64,000 nt of DNA from an uncultured Veillonella sp. (GTDB lineage Bacteria > Bacillota > Negativicutes > Veillonellales > Veillonellaceae): positions 2,289 to 66,288 of the forward strand of contig CAUQBP010000010.1 of the NCBI GenBank assembly GCA_963516605.1. Direction: 5' to 3'. Made by a program: the position numbers and the translations under genes. This document shows positions 10,605 through 20,212 of this stretch, in pieces. Below the pieces are notes generated by a model, which worked only from the letters and a program-made list of their open reading frames with translations, was not told where the DNA came from and ran no database searches. Numbering within the stretch: position 1 is the stretch's first letter; the number at the start of each line of letters is the position of its first letter.

Positions 10605-11795
10605 CTATAAGTATCCCATCGGATCTGTTGGTTCACCATTAATACGCACCTCAAAATGAAGGTGTGGACCTGTAGAACCACCGGTATTACCTGAGTAGGA
10701 AACTACTTGACCTTTCGATACAGTTTGGCCCGGGCTTACCGCTACATCACTATTATGAGCGTACAAAGTAGACATGCCATTTCCATGGTCAATGATGACA
10801 GTATATCCATATCCGCTGACCCAACCAGCTTCTACGACAACCCCACCATCCGCTGCATGCACAGGTGTACCTTCATCCACCCCAAAATCGGTGCCCGCAT
10901 GTAAACGACGTGTACCATAAATTGGGTGAATCCGCCAACCAAAGTCAGATGTAATAGGAGCCACAACTGGTGCTGCCAATTGGCCAGTACCTTGTACCCA
11001 TGTAGCACCACCACCGCCACCGCCTTGGCTAGCAGCTGCTGCAGCTGCCGCCGCTGCCGCCGCACGTTCTGCTGCACGTTGTTGCAACATTGCTGTAATA
11101 CTTGCGGAGGACGCCATTAACTCATTATAAGCACGCTCTGCTGTATCTCGGTCATTCATAGCCCGTTCTAAGACAGCTTGACGTTCTGCTTTTTTCTGGT
11201 TGATTAAGTTCTGCTTTTCTTGCGCTACTTTTTCTAGTTCTAATACTTTAGCACGATCTTCCTCTAGCTTAGCTTTTTTGCTAGCAATTTCTTCTCGCTC
11301 TGTTTTGATAGTGTTGATTAAATCCATATCAGATTGTAAAATGCGTTTCAACATTTCCATACGATTTGCAAAATCGCTAAAATCTTTAGAGCCCACTACC
11401 ACATCTAAGTAGCTTAACCGACCGTTGATATAAATATCTCGTACCCGTTTATAGAATACTTTTTCACGAGACTGCAAGCGAGCTTGTGCTGCTTTCAATT
11501 CTGCTTCTGTTTTTGTAATATCTTTATCTAATTGAATCCGATCTGCCTGCACTTGTTTTAATTCTGCCGTAGCAGTATCTAGTTCAATTTGTATAGCATG
11601 TAACTGTTCATATACGGTACCAATCGTTTTTTCCGCTTCCGACTTTTTATTTGCTTCATTTGTCATTTGTTGTTGAATATTTGACAATTGATTCGTTAAG
11701 TCTTCATCTTGTGCTTGATACCAGTACGGTGTAGCCATCATGATAGAACCGCATAGTAAACTAGCTACTAGTGTTACTGTTTTTTTCTTCATCAT
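10605..11795 (-). CDS. Coiled-coil plus M23 peptidase (EnvC/PcsB-like partner of FtsEX)
   Basis: Signal peptide, long coiled coil, HAGTD and STGPHLHFE motifs; directly after ftsEX. Confidence 0.9.
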   Translation of the reverse strand: MMKKKTVTLVASLLCGSIMMATPYWYQAQDEDLTNQLSNIQQQMTNEANKKSEAEKTIGTVYEQLHAIQIELDTATAELKQVQADRIQLDKDITKTEAELKAAQARLQSREKVFYKRVRDIYINGRLSYLDVVVGSKDFSDFANRMEMLKRILQSDMDLINTIKTEREEIASKKAKLEEDRAKVLELEKVAQEKQNLINQKKAERQAVLERAMNDRDTAERAYNELMASSASITAMLQQRAAERAAAAAAAAAAASQGGGGGGATWVQGTGQLAAPVVAPITSDFGWRIHPIYGTRRLHAGTDFGVDEGTPVHAADGGVVVEAGWVSGYGYTVIIDHGNGMSTLYAHNSDVAVSPGQTVSKGQVVSYSGNTGGSTGPHLHFEVRINGEPTDPMGYL

Positions 11796-11797
11796 TC

Positions 11798-12685
11798 CTA
11801 CACTTTCATATATTGTTTTAACGAAATGGTACTACCAATAGCACCTACAATGACACCTATCCCAACTAATCCTGCGGATAATTGATAGATAAATGGCATC
11901 ATTGGTACCAATGGCATGAAAGCAAAGTTTGCAATCACTTCCATCGTGATATAGCGGTAAAATTGCCATGTAGCAACACCTGCAATGGCACCACCAATAG
12001 CGCCTAAAAACATACCTTCTAATACGAAAGGCCAACGGATAAACCAGTTCGTGGCACCTACATATTTCATAATTCCAATTTCTTTACGACGGGCAAACAC
12101 AGTCAATCGAATCGTATTGGAAATGATAAATAAGGTAGCCCCCGCTAGGAACGCGATGAGCACAATACCGCCGATACGGATAATTTTTGTAACTTCAAAA
12201 ATTTGCTCAATCACATCTTGTCCATAATGGGCACTTTCAACTTCTGGATATTTAGACACCACTTCTGCTGTAGATTTTACTTGGTCCGGTGTGTTGAATG
12301 TTAACACATAGGACGTTGGCAATGGATTATGTCCATCTAGGGAGTCTACTAATTGTTGTTGTTCCCCTAAGCGCTCTTTAAAGCGTTTCATGGCTTCATC
12401 TTTTGTGACAAATTCAATGTCTTTCAGCTCTGGCAATGCCTTTAATTTTTTGCCTAATTCCATTACTTGCGGTGTTGTTAAATTATCCTTCAAATAGATA
12501 CTAATTTGCACTTGGCTCTCTAAATGGGATGCCAAATTATTAAGGTTCACGACACCACAAGCAAACACGCCCAAGATAAACAAAGACAATGTGACCGTGG
12601 AAATAGATGCCAAAGACATCAATCCGTTGCGACGCATGGATTTAATGGCTTCTTTTATATAATACTTAAACGTTCTAATTTTCAT
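11798..12685 (-). CDS. ftsX: Cell division permease
   Basis: ISNTIRLTVFARRKEIGIMKYVGAT...PFVLEG. Confidence 0.95.
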   Translation of the reverse strand: MKIRTFKYYIKEAIKSMRRNGLMSLASISTVTLSLFILGVFACGVVNLNNLASHLESQVQISIYLKDNLTTPQVMELGKKLKALPELKDIEFVTKDEAMKRFKERLGEQQQLVDSLDGHNPLPTSYVLTFNTPDQVKSTAEVVSKYPEVESAHYGQDVIEQIFEVTKIIRIGGIVLIAFLAGATLFIISNTIRLTVFARRKEIGIMKYVGATNWFIRWPFVLEGMFLGAIGGAIAGVATWQFYRYITMEVIANFAFMPLVPMMPFIYQLSAGLVGIGVIVGAIGSTISLKQYMKV

Positions 12686-13361
12686 GGAATGCGGCCCCTC
12701 TCATTTGATCACTCACAACACGACCACCTTCTAAGGCGATCACTCGTTTGTTTAGATAAGACACCATATCCATATCATGTGTTACCATCACTACGGTTGT
12801 ACCAGAGTTATTGATGGCTTTGAAAAGGTCGGAAATATCGCGACTTGTCTGAGGATCCAAGTTACCTGTTGGTTCATCTGCAATCAACACCAATGGTTTA
12901 TTCACAATAGCTCTAGCAATAGCAACACGCTGCTGCTCCCCACCACTTAAGTCTTGTGGTAAATCATTGGCTTTGTCGCTTAATCCTACCAATTCCAACA
13001 CATTGTACACTTTTTCTTGGATTACTTTCGGTTTTTCTTCAATAACTTCCAACGCGAAAGCAATATTTTCAAATACTGTTTTTGATGGTAATAATCGGAA
13101 ATCTTGGAATACAATACCTAACTTTCTACGCAAGTACGGTACTTTACTAGATTTGATACGTGTTACATCAACATCATTCACAATAACCGTTCCAGAATCT
13201 GGTGTGACTTCATGTGAAAGTAACTTAATAAATGTTGATTTACCTGCTCCAGAATGCCCACAGACTAATACGAATTCTCCTTTTTCAATATGAATCGATA
13301 CATCCTCTAAAGCAACGGACCCATTGTCGTATACTTTATGGACATTTCTAAATTCTATCAT
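12675..13361 (-). CDS. ftsE: Cell division ATP-binding protein
   Basis: GHSGAGKST, VFQDFRLL, LSGGEQQR, ADEPTGNLD. Confidence 0.95.
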   Translation of the reverse strand: MIEFRNVHKVYDNGSVALEDVSIHIEKGEFVLVCGHSGAGKSTFIKLLSHEVTPDSGTVIVNDVDVTRIKSSKVPYLRRKLGIVFQDFRLLPSKTVFENIAFALEVIEEKPKVIQEKVYNVLELVGLSDKANDLPQDLSGGEQQRVAIARAIVNKPLVLIADEPTGNLDPQTSRDISDLFKAINNSGTTVVMVTHDMDMVSYLNKRVIALEGGRVVSDQMRGAAFHEN

Positions 13362-13376
13362 TCTATCATTCCCTTC

Positions 13377-14309
13377 CTATTTTCGTGCTATACCTCGTTT
13401 AGTAGCTGCTACAATATCAGCTGCTGTTAATCCATATTTTGCCATCAATTCTTTCGGTGTACCAGACTCACCAAAGGTATCTTTCACACCGACAAACTCC
13501 ATTGGCACTGGATATTCTTTCACCACAACTTCTGCCACAGCACTGCCTAAACCGCCAATCACATTATGTTCTTCTGCTGTGATCAATAGGCCTGTCTCTT
13601 TCGCTGCCTTTACAATCGCCTCTGCATCGATAGGTTTAATGGATGCCATATTGATAACACGTACAGAAATACCTTCTGCTTCTAATGTAGCTGCCGCTTC
13701 TACGGCAGGTCCTACTAAGGCACCACAAGCAATAATGGTAGCATCTTTGCCATCACGTAATTGTTGAGATTTGCCTGGCACAAATGTGTATCCTTCTGGT
13801 GTCACATCTTCTACACCAGCACGGCCTAAACGCACATACACTGGACCATGGTACTCCGCTGCCCAAGCAATGACAGCTTCTGTTTCTGCTGCATCTGCTG
13901 GTACTACAACAGTCATATTAGGTAATGTACGCATACAAGAAATATCTTCTAAACTTTGGTGTGTCGCACCGTCTTCACCGACAGTGATACCTGCGTGAGT
14001 AGCACATACTTTTACATTGAGCTTTGGATAACATACAGCGTTGCGCACTTGTTCAAAGGCACGCCCTGTAGCAAACATAGCAAAGGAAGACACAAATGGC
14101 ACTTTTCCTGCTGCTGCTAAACCAGCACCTACAGAAATTAAGTTTTGCTCTGCAATCCCTACATTAAAGAATCGTTCAGGATATACTTTTTTAAATTCAT
14201 CAGTTTTTGTAGATTTTGATAAGTCTGCATCTAATACAACAACATCTTTATGAGTGGCACCCACTTTAACTAAAGCTGTACCATATGCTTCACGAGTCGC
14301 TTTTCCCAT
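13377..14309 (-). CDS. Transketolase, C-terminal subunit
   Basis: DADLSKST, GIAEQN, GEDGATHQ. Confidence 0.93.
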   Translation of the reverse strand: MGKATREAYGTALVKVGATHKDVVVLDADLSKSTKTDEFKKVYPERFFNVGIAEQNLISVGAGLAAAGKVPFVSSFAMFATGRAFEQVRNAVCYPKLNVKVCATHAGITVGEDGATHQSLEDISCMRTLPNMTVVVPADAAETEAVIAWAAEYHGPVYVRLGRAGVEDVTPEGYTFVPGKSQQLRDGKDATIIACGALVGPAVEAAATLEAEGISVRVINMASIKPIDAEAIVKAAKETGLLITAEEHNVIGGLGSAVAEVVVKEYPVPMEFVGVKDTFGESGTPKELMAKYGLTAADIVAATKRGIARK

Positions 14310-14311
14310 GA

Positions 14312-15139
14312 TTACACCTCCAACAATTCCGCTACAAATTTGTCACATTCTTCTTGTGATGGCGCTTTACCATGCCAGCCTGCTTGGCCTTCCATAGCTT
14401 GTACACCTTTCCCTTTGACAGTATTCATAATCACCATAGTCGGTTTATCTGTAGTTGCTTTTGCTTCTGTAACTGCTTCGTGTAAAGCATCAATGTCATG
14501 ACCATCTACGACAATCACATGCCAACCGAAGGCTTTGAATTTTTCATCAATCGGCAATGGACTCATAACTTTTGTGATATCACCGTCGATTTGTAATCCA
14601 TTAAAATCTACAAACGCTGTTAAGTTGGACAATTTGTAATGCGCTGCAAACATGGCTGCTTCCCATACTTGTCCTTCTTCCAATTCGCCATCACCTAGTA
14701 CAGAGTACACACGGTAAGAAGCTCCATCAATTTTACCTGCCAATGCCATACCACAAGCCGCGGAAATACCTTGTCCTAAGGAACCAGTAGACATATCTAC
14801 ACCAGGAATGTATTTCATATCTGGATGACCTTGTAAGATATGATCAATTTTACGCAAGTTTAGTAATTCTTCTGTTGGGAAGAACCCTTTTTCTGCTAAT
14901 GTAGCATATAGAGCTGGTGCAGCATGTCCTTTGGATAAGACAAAACGATCGCGATTTGGATCTTTCGGCTCATTTGGATTTACATTCATTTCTTGAAAGT
15001 ACAACAAGCTCATCACATCAGCAATGGACAAAGATCCTCCTGGATGACCAGATTTTGCTGCTGTTACAGCTTTCACGATGTTTACACGAATCGCTTTTGC
15101 TTTTTCTTGTATCAATTGTTTTTGTTCAAGTGTTAACAT
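14312..15139 (-). CDS. Transketolase, N-terminal TPP-binding subunit
   Basis: SGHPGGSLS, LSKGH, GDGELEEG, WHGK; start moved to ATG 15139 after GGGAGGG. Confidence 0.93.
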   Translation of the reverse strand: MLTLEQKQLIQEKAKAIRVNIVKAVTAAKSGHPGGSLSIADVMSLLYFQEMNVNPNEPKDPNRDRFVLSKGHAAPALYATLAEKGFFPTEELLNLRKIDHILQGHPDMKYIPGVDMSTGSLGQGISAACGMALAGKIDGASYRVYSVLGDGELEEGQVWEAAMFAAHYKLSNLTAFVDFNGLQIDGDITKVMSPLPIDEKFKAFGWHVIVVDGHDIDALHEAVTEAKATTDKPTMVIMNTVKGKGVQAMEGQAGWHGKAPSQEECDKFVAELLEV

Positions 15140-15177
15140 ACTATACCCTCCCGTGTTATACACAATTCTAAGGTAAA

Positions 15178-16269
15178 TTATTTATCATGCAGCATGCCGA
15201 TGGCAATGCGGGCATTCTCTAAGGCATTTCTTCGTAGTTTATGGATGTTTTCTAACACTGTTTCTGTGAAAGTGCCTCGTTCCAAAGCCTCTACTGTACG
15301 TGCTACTATAGGTTCTACTTCTAATGTATGTAAATCACCTACTGGCACTTCACCAATCATATGAAGAAAGTTTAAAATTTTAGGGTCATAAGAGATTCCT
15401 AAACAAGGTGTTTCCATTAACGCACTAAATACTAATGCATGGAGCCGTACACCTATCATGATATCCACACAACTACTCAACGACAGTAGCTCTGTTGTGC
15501 TATAGGCATCAGCCAAAACCGTCGATCTAACTGTCATCCGTTTGGCAATGGCTTCTGCCTCCATCGTATCTTCCCTATGTTGCATAGGAATAAACACGAT
15601 ATGAGCCTCTGTTTCTCGATGAATCTGATCTAGAGCCTCTGCTAATGTAGTTTGATACTCTGTGCAATCTTTCCAAGCACGTACGGAAACGCCCACAATT
15701 GGTCGGTCTAGAGGAACCCCATACGATGCCAATATATCACGACCTGCTGTGGCCTCCACTGGGTGCATCCCTAACACAGCATCAGCAGTTACTGTAATTG
15801 GTACATGATGGATACCTAGTGAACGTAGTTCCTCTTTTGAGGCATGATCTCGTACAGTAATCATAGACACCTGATTCAAGACACGCCCCACCGTGCTACG
15901 GGCCAAGGATTTACGCAAAGGACCAATACCTTGGGCATAAATCATCACTTGTTTTCCCAATGTATTCGCTAAAGCAATAATACTTAAGTAATAATACAAA
16001 CTACGAGCGCTTGTTACATCCTGCAACAAACTACCGCCGCCACTGATGAGCATATCGCAAGAATACACCGCTTGGTATATCTTCCACATATCAAATCGAC
16101 CAATAGCTTTCACCTTGTGAGTACTCATAGTTTCAATAGGATTTCCAGAAATCACCGTAATCTCAGCCTGCGGTTCTAATTCCAGCAATGCTTGCAAAAT
16201 AGAACTCAATAGCGCTTCATCTCCGGCATTACCAAATCCATAATAGCCAGAAATGAGTATCTTACACAT
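15178..16269 (-). CDS. csaB: Polysaccharide pyruvyl transferase CsaB
   Basis: ISGYYGFGNAGDE, GGGSLLQDVTS, AQGIGP, RLH, YDPK; start moved to ATG 16269 after GAGGTG. Confidence 0.9.
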   Translation of the reverse strand: MCKILISGYYGFGNAGDEALLSSILQALLELEPQAEITVISGNPIETMSTHKVKAIGRFDMWKIYQAVYSCDMLISGGGSLLQDVTSARSLYYYLSIIALANTLGKQVMIYAQGIGPLRKSLARSTVGRVLNQVSMITVRDHASKEELRSLGIHHVPITVTADAVLGMHPVEATAGRDILASYGVPLDRPIVGVSVRAWKDCTEYQTTLAEALDQIHRETEAHIVFIPMQHREDTMEAEAIAKRMTVRSTVLADAYSTTELLSLSSCVDIMIGVRLHALVFSALMETPCLGISYDPKILNFLHMIGEVPVGDLHTLEVEPIVARTVEALERGTFTETVLENIHKLRRNALENARIAIGMLHDK

Positions 16270-18286
16270 GGCTTTCACCTCGTCCTTGGAACCAACGAAT
16301 GCCATAGCCGATGAAACGTACCGCCATAATCGCTACTAAACCAATGACAATACCTAATAGCAATCCATCATAACCACGAGCGATAGACATAAACACTGGC
16401 GTGCGCAAATGGCAGAATGTTTCCACCATAGATGCAATACCTATGACTGCCCCTACGGATAAAGCAAAGTGTAATACCATCGGAATCCTACGTCCTACCG
16501 CATAGGCTGCCAACATAAATGCGGGGTGACCGATTAAAAATTCTTTTTCACGAGGTCGAGCATACATAGTATTTTCTAAAAATCTACGTAAAGCGAGTTC
16601 CCAAGACGGCACTGGTACACCTGCTGTATGACCACTGCGGCCTACAAATACATAGGCTACCACCGCTAAGGCTCCCACGATTAATAGACTATAAATTTTA
16701 ATATCAATTTGCACAAATTCTGTAATGAAAGATTTGATATCTTTCACCGAAGAAATAGTTCTACCTTTCCAAATTGGAAACCGTTGTAAATAAGCGATCG
16801 CTGTCAATACGACTGGTGCCACAAAGGTTAATTTTACACCATGGAATAAAGCAAATTCCATAAAGAACTGTGTGCTACCTAACATAGCAGCAATACTAAT
16901 GCCACCAATGGCTGCAATCAAGGCTGCTACCACCAAATATACTACAGACTCGATAGTACTTCTCCAAGGGGATATGCCCGTATGGTTCCGTTTTGACCAA
17001 CAATCAAAGATCATGGTCATTGCCAAAACTGGAGCAGATATGGCTGCTACCAATGCCCATGCCGACATAATTTTTGTACCTATGGTCATCAAATAGATGC
17101 CAACAGAAACAATCGTGCCCACTGCAAAGAGCCATAGTAAATAGGATTTGCGTAAACGCACAAACTGTCCTAATGTTAATGTAGCCAAGCTTATGACCCC
17201 TGTCATCGTTAACACTCGTAACAAAGTGTTCGGCGTATACACCGGATAGACTGAGGCTTGCCCTGTGGTAAAGCCACGAGCTTGTAATTTATCTGTCACT
17301 TGTTTCACTACAAATAATGTTGTTTCTAAAGCTGTTCTGTTATCTACGCCTTGTTCATATAATGGGAACAAGTTATAACGAATATTTCGTTCAATATCAC
17401 TGATGTAGAACCATTGTACCAATTCGCCTGGTGTCAGCTTACGTACCTCTTCTTTCGATACAGTGTACAATCTACCTACTTTATAGTGATTCGCATTAGC
17501 CATTTCTAAGAACCCAGCTTGTGGGAAGTATTGCAATTGATTAACTGCTTCAATCCCCACTACAGGAATATGGCGCGCTTCTAATTGTTCTAACGTACGA
17601 TCTACATACAGTGGATACCCTAAGGCTTCTTTACCTACAAAGACCATTCCCGTTATATTAGAAACTCCCTCAAGACGTTGGAACACATGGTCCACATCTT
17701 CTACAGTCACTCCTTTATAGTTCGTTGGACGTACAATGACATGGAATCCTAGGTTCGCCACTTCTTGAGCTTGCAATTTAGAAATACCTAAATTCATATC
17801 TTTTAAAGAATCACTTGGCAATGCTAATCCTAACATAGGGCCTAATGATGTTTGCAATACAGTGACTTTATCTTTGCCTAAGCGGCGCACTAAATCTTCC
17901 TGTACCTCTTGAAAGTAAGCTTCTTTACCGGGAATCACACCCACATAAGTCATGCCTGGCTGTGTACCTTCTACTTGTAACTGCTGTAAATCATTGGAAC
18001 TATACATATGAATATGACCTGCATCTTTTTCTTTTTGCAGAGTTCTATCATAAATCGCTAAGGCAGTAATACCGGATTCTTTAGCCGCTGCCACAGCCTC
18101 CGGCAAGGAACGTTTCTCATAGGCATTTGCACGAAGTAATCCATCATAGTCAATAATGTTTTCAATCTGCTCCTGCTGTGCCTCAATATGATGTCGTTCT
18201 TTCACCAATACAAGGCCACTCACAATGCCCACACCTAGAAAGGCCAATAAAATCCATGTGTAAATAGATATTGTCTTTAATTTCAT
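16262..18286 (-). CDS. DUF5693-like polytopic membrane protein
   Basis: N-terminal TM, large extracytoplasmic domain, C-terminal multi-TM with RSG, RPREKEFLIGHP and ETFCH motifs; overlaps the csaB start. Confidence 0.7.
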   Translation of the reverse strand: MKLKTISIYTWILLAFLGVGIVSGLVLVKERHHIEAQQEQIENIIDYDGLLRANAYEKRSLPEAVAAAKESGITALAIYDRTLQKEKDAGHIHMYSSNDLQQLQVEGTQPGMTYVGVIPGKEAYFQEVQEDLVRRLGKDKVTVLQTSLGPMLGLALPSDSLKDMNLGISKLQAQEVANLGFHVIVRPTNYKGVTVEDVDHVFQRLEGVSNITGMVFVGKEALGYPLYVDRTLEQLEARHIPVVGIEAVNQLQYFPQAGFLEMANANHYKVGRLYTVSKEEVRKLTPGELVQWFYISDIERNIRYNLFPLYEQGVDNRTALETTLFVVKQVTDKLQARGFTTGQASVYPVYTPNTLLRVLTMTGVISLATLTLGQFVRLRKSYLLWLFAVGTIVSVGIYLMTIGTKIMSAWALVAAISAPVLAMTMIFDCWSKRNHTGISPWRSTIESVVYLVVAALIAAIGGISIAAMLGSTQFFMEFALFHGVKLTFVAPVVLTAIAYLQRFPIWKGRTISSVKDIKSFITEFVQIDIKIYSLLIVGALAVVAYVFVGRSGHTAGVPVPSWELALRRFLENTMYARPREKEFLIGHPAFMLAAYAVGRRIPMVLHFALSVGAVIGIASMVETFCHLRTPVFMSIARGYDGLLLGIVIGLVAIMAVRFIGYGIRWFQGRGESHV

Positions 18287-18294
18287 AAGCCCTC

Positions 18295-19020
18295 CTATTG
18301 TGCAACAGGATGCACAAATACATGAATTTCTTCACGTCCAGTTTCTACACGATCCAATTGAACAGGAATCGGGAACTTTCCAAAATCATAGAGAGGAATT
18401 GATTTTACCACACCACTAGATAAGCGGTTCAAACTAGCTCCACCAATGGACAGCTTTTCTGTTGCAAACTGCAAGGTGTTGCCTTCAATTTCCAATCGAC
18501 CTTGGATGGTTACCTTACCAGAAAGGAAGCCTCCTACATCGATACGACCACTCATGACAACGCCACGACCAGAAATCTCCACAGTTTCAATGGACAACCC
18601 TTTCGCACTAGAACTGGATAAATGTTGTTCAATATATCGTTTTAAATCATCTTGATGGATAACCCCTTCAATATGACCTTGTCCGAAACTCGTAAAACGC
18701 AATTGTTGGTCGAAAAATAATTCTTTAGGCTCAATTTGAATTTGACGTAGGTCAAATGTTAAGCGCTGTAATTTTAGCTTACCTAAGGTAACCCCATCTA
18801 AGGAACCTCGAAATGAATCAATCTCACCCAATACTAACTTGAATCCTGGAGAAGATTCAACGCGCATGGACTGTGTTTCTGGATGCAAGGCACTTTCTAA
18901 TCTTGATTCTACTTCATGGCTCACAAGAGTAGGTAACAAAAAGGATGAGCCTCCGATGACGATACCCCCTAGTATCAAGACAAATAGTATTGTTTTTAAA
19001 AAGAAATTTCTCACGGTCAC
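18295..19020 (-). CDS. DUF2993/LmeA-like membrane-anchored protein
   Basis: Single N-terminal TM followed by beta-rich domain; family assignment by resemblance. Confidence 0.55.
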   Translation of the reverse strand: MTVRNFFLKTILFVLILGGIVIGGSSFLLPTLVSHEVESRLESALHPETQSMRVESSPGFKLVLGEIDSFRGSLDGVTLGKLKLQRLTFDLRQIQIEPKELFFDQQLRFTSFGQGHIEGVIHQDDLKRYIEQHLSSSSAKGLSIETVEISGRGVVMSGRIDVGGFLSGKVTIQGRLEIEGNTLQFATEKLSIGGASLNRLSSGVVKSIPLYDFGKFPIPVQLDRVETGREEIHVFVHPVAQ

Positions 19021-19024
19021 TCCA

Positions 19025-20132
19025 TTATATTGTTAAATTCGCTTCTTTCTTCAAGAATCCTTCCATAAATTGATCTAAGTTGCCGTCCATGACAGCTTGC
19101 ACATTACCTGTTTCCACGTTAGTGCGATGATCTTTTACCATATTGTATGGATGGAATACATAGGATCGAATTTGGCTACCCCATTCAATGGCTTGATAGG
19201 TACCACCTAATTGTTCCTTCAGTTCAGCTTGCTTTTCTAATTCTAGTTCAAATAGTTTAGCGCGCAATAATTTTAAACATTGCTCTCTATTTTGGATTTG
19301 TGAACGTTCACTTTGACACTGTACAACAATCCCTGTCGGAGTATGTGTCATACGCACAGCAGAGTCCGTTTTGTTGATGTGCTGTCCGCCCGCACCGCTA
19401 GCACGATACGTATCCACTTGTACATCTTTCATATCTAGATTGATTTCTACGGTCTCATCAATTTCCGGCATCACATCGACGGCACAGAATGATGTATGAC
19501 GACGTGCGGCAGAATCAAAAGGAGAAATACGAACTAAACGATGGACGCCTTTTTCAGATTTCATATATCCAAAAGCATTTTCCCCTTTGATGAGGAAGGT
19601 AGCACTTTTAATGCCCGCTTCATCGCCTACTTGTTCATCCATGAGAGAAATACTGTATCCTTGTTTTTCCGCCCAACGCAAGTACATGCGAATGAGCATA
19701 GAGCACCAATCTTGTGCCTCTGTACCACCGGCACCAGCATGAAACGTAAGGATGGCATTATTCTTATCATATTCACCACTTAATAAAAGCAATACTTCTC
19801 GGTGCTCTACTTCATGGGTCAACTGCTCTACCATAGCAGTCAGTTCCCCTTCCATAGACGTATCTTCCTCATCGATGGCCATTTCTAACATGAGCTTTGC
19901 TTCTTCTACATCGGTAACAAGCTTTTTATATCCTTCTACAGCATCTTTTAATTGTGTAGCCTCTTGGGAAATATCACGTGCTGCATCTGGGTCATCCCAA
20001 AAATCAGGGTCACTCATTTTTATATCTAATGTCAATATGCGTTCTTCTTTTTGAGCGATGTTAAAGTGAATCCCTCATTCCAAAAATACGCTCCTCTAAA
20101 TTGTCGATGGGACCTTTTAAGTCTTCTAACAA
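19025..20132 (-). CDS. prfB: Peptide chain release factor 2, expressed through a +1 programmed frameshift
   Basis: SPF and GGQ motifs; 23-codon first frame from TTG 20132 (RBS GAGGTG) ends AGGGAT TCA CTT TAA C; the +1 frame continues NIAQKEERIL... Confidence 0.95.
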
Positions 20133-20161
20133 TTTATTCACCTCTTTCTTTCATTCTATAC

Positions 20162-20206
20162 AACAAATGGCCGCACAGGAGATGTATCACCTCGCTGCGT
20201 GGCCAT
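20162..20206 (-). terminator. Hairpin after secA (weak terminator or processing stem)
   Basis: ATGGCC...GGCCAT imperfect stem followed by TTGTTG on the minus strand. Confidence 0.45.
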
Positions 20207-20212
20207 GAAAGT

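Noticed and set aside
13377..15139. Split transketolase as gene decay
   Set aside because: Both halves have their own RBS and intact motifs; two-subunit transketolases are common in anaerobic Firmicutes.
19025..20035. prfB as a 336-aa protein or a pseudogene
   Set aside because: The upstream 23-codon frame with RBS and slippery CTT-T site indicates a programmed frameshift.
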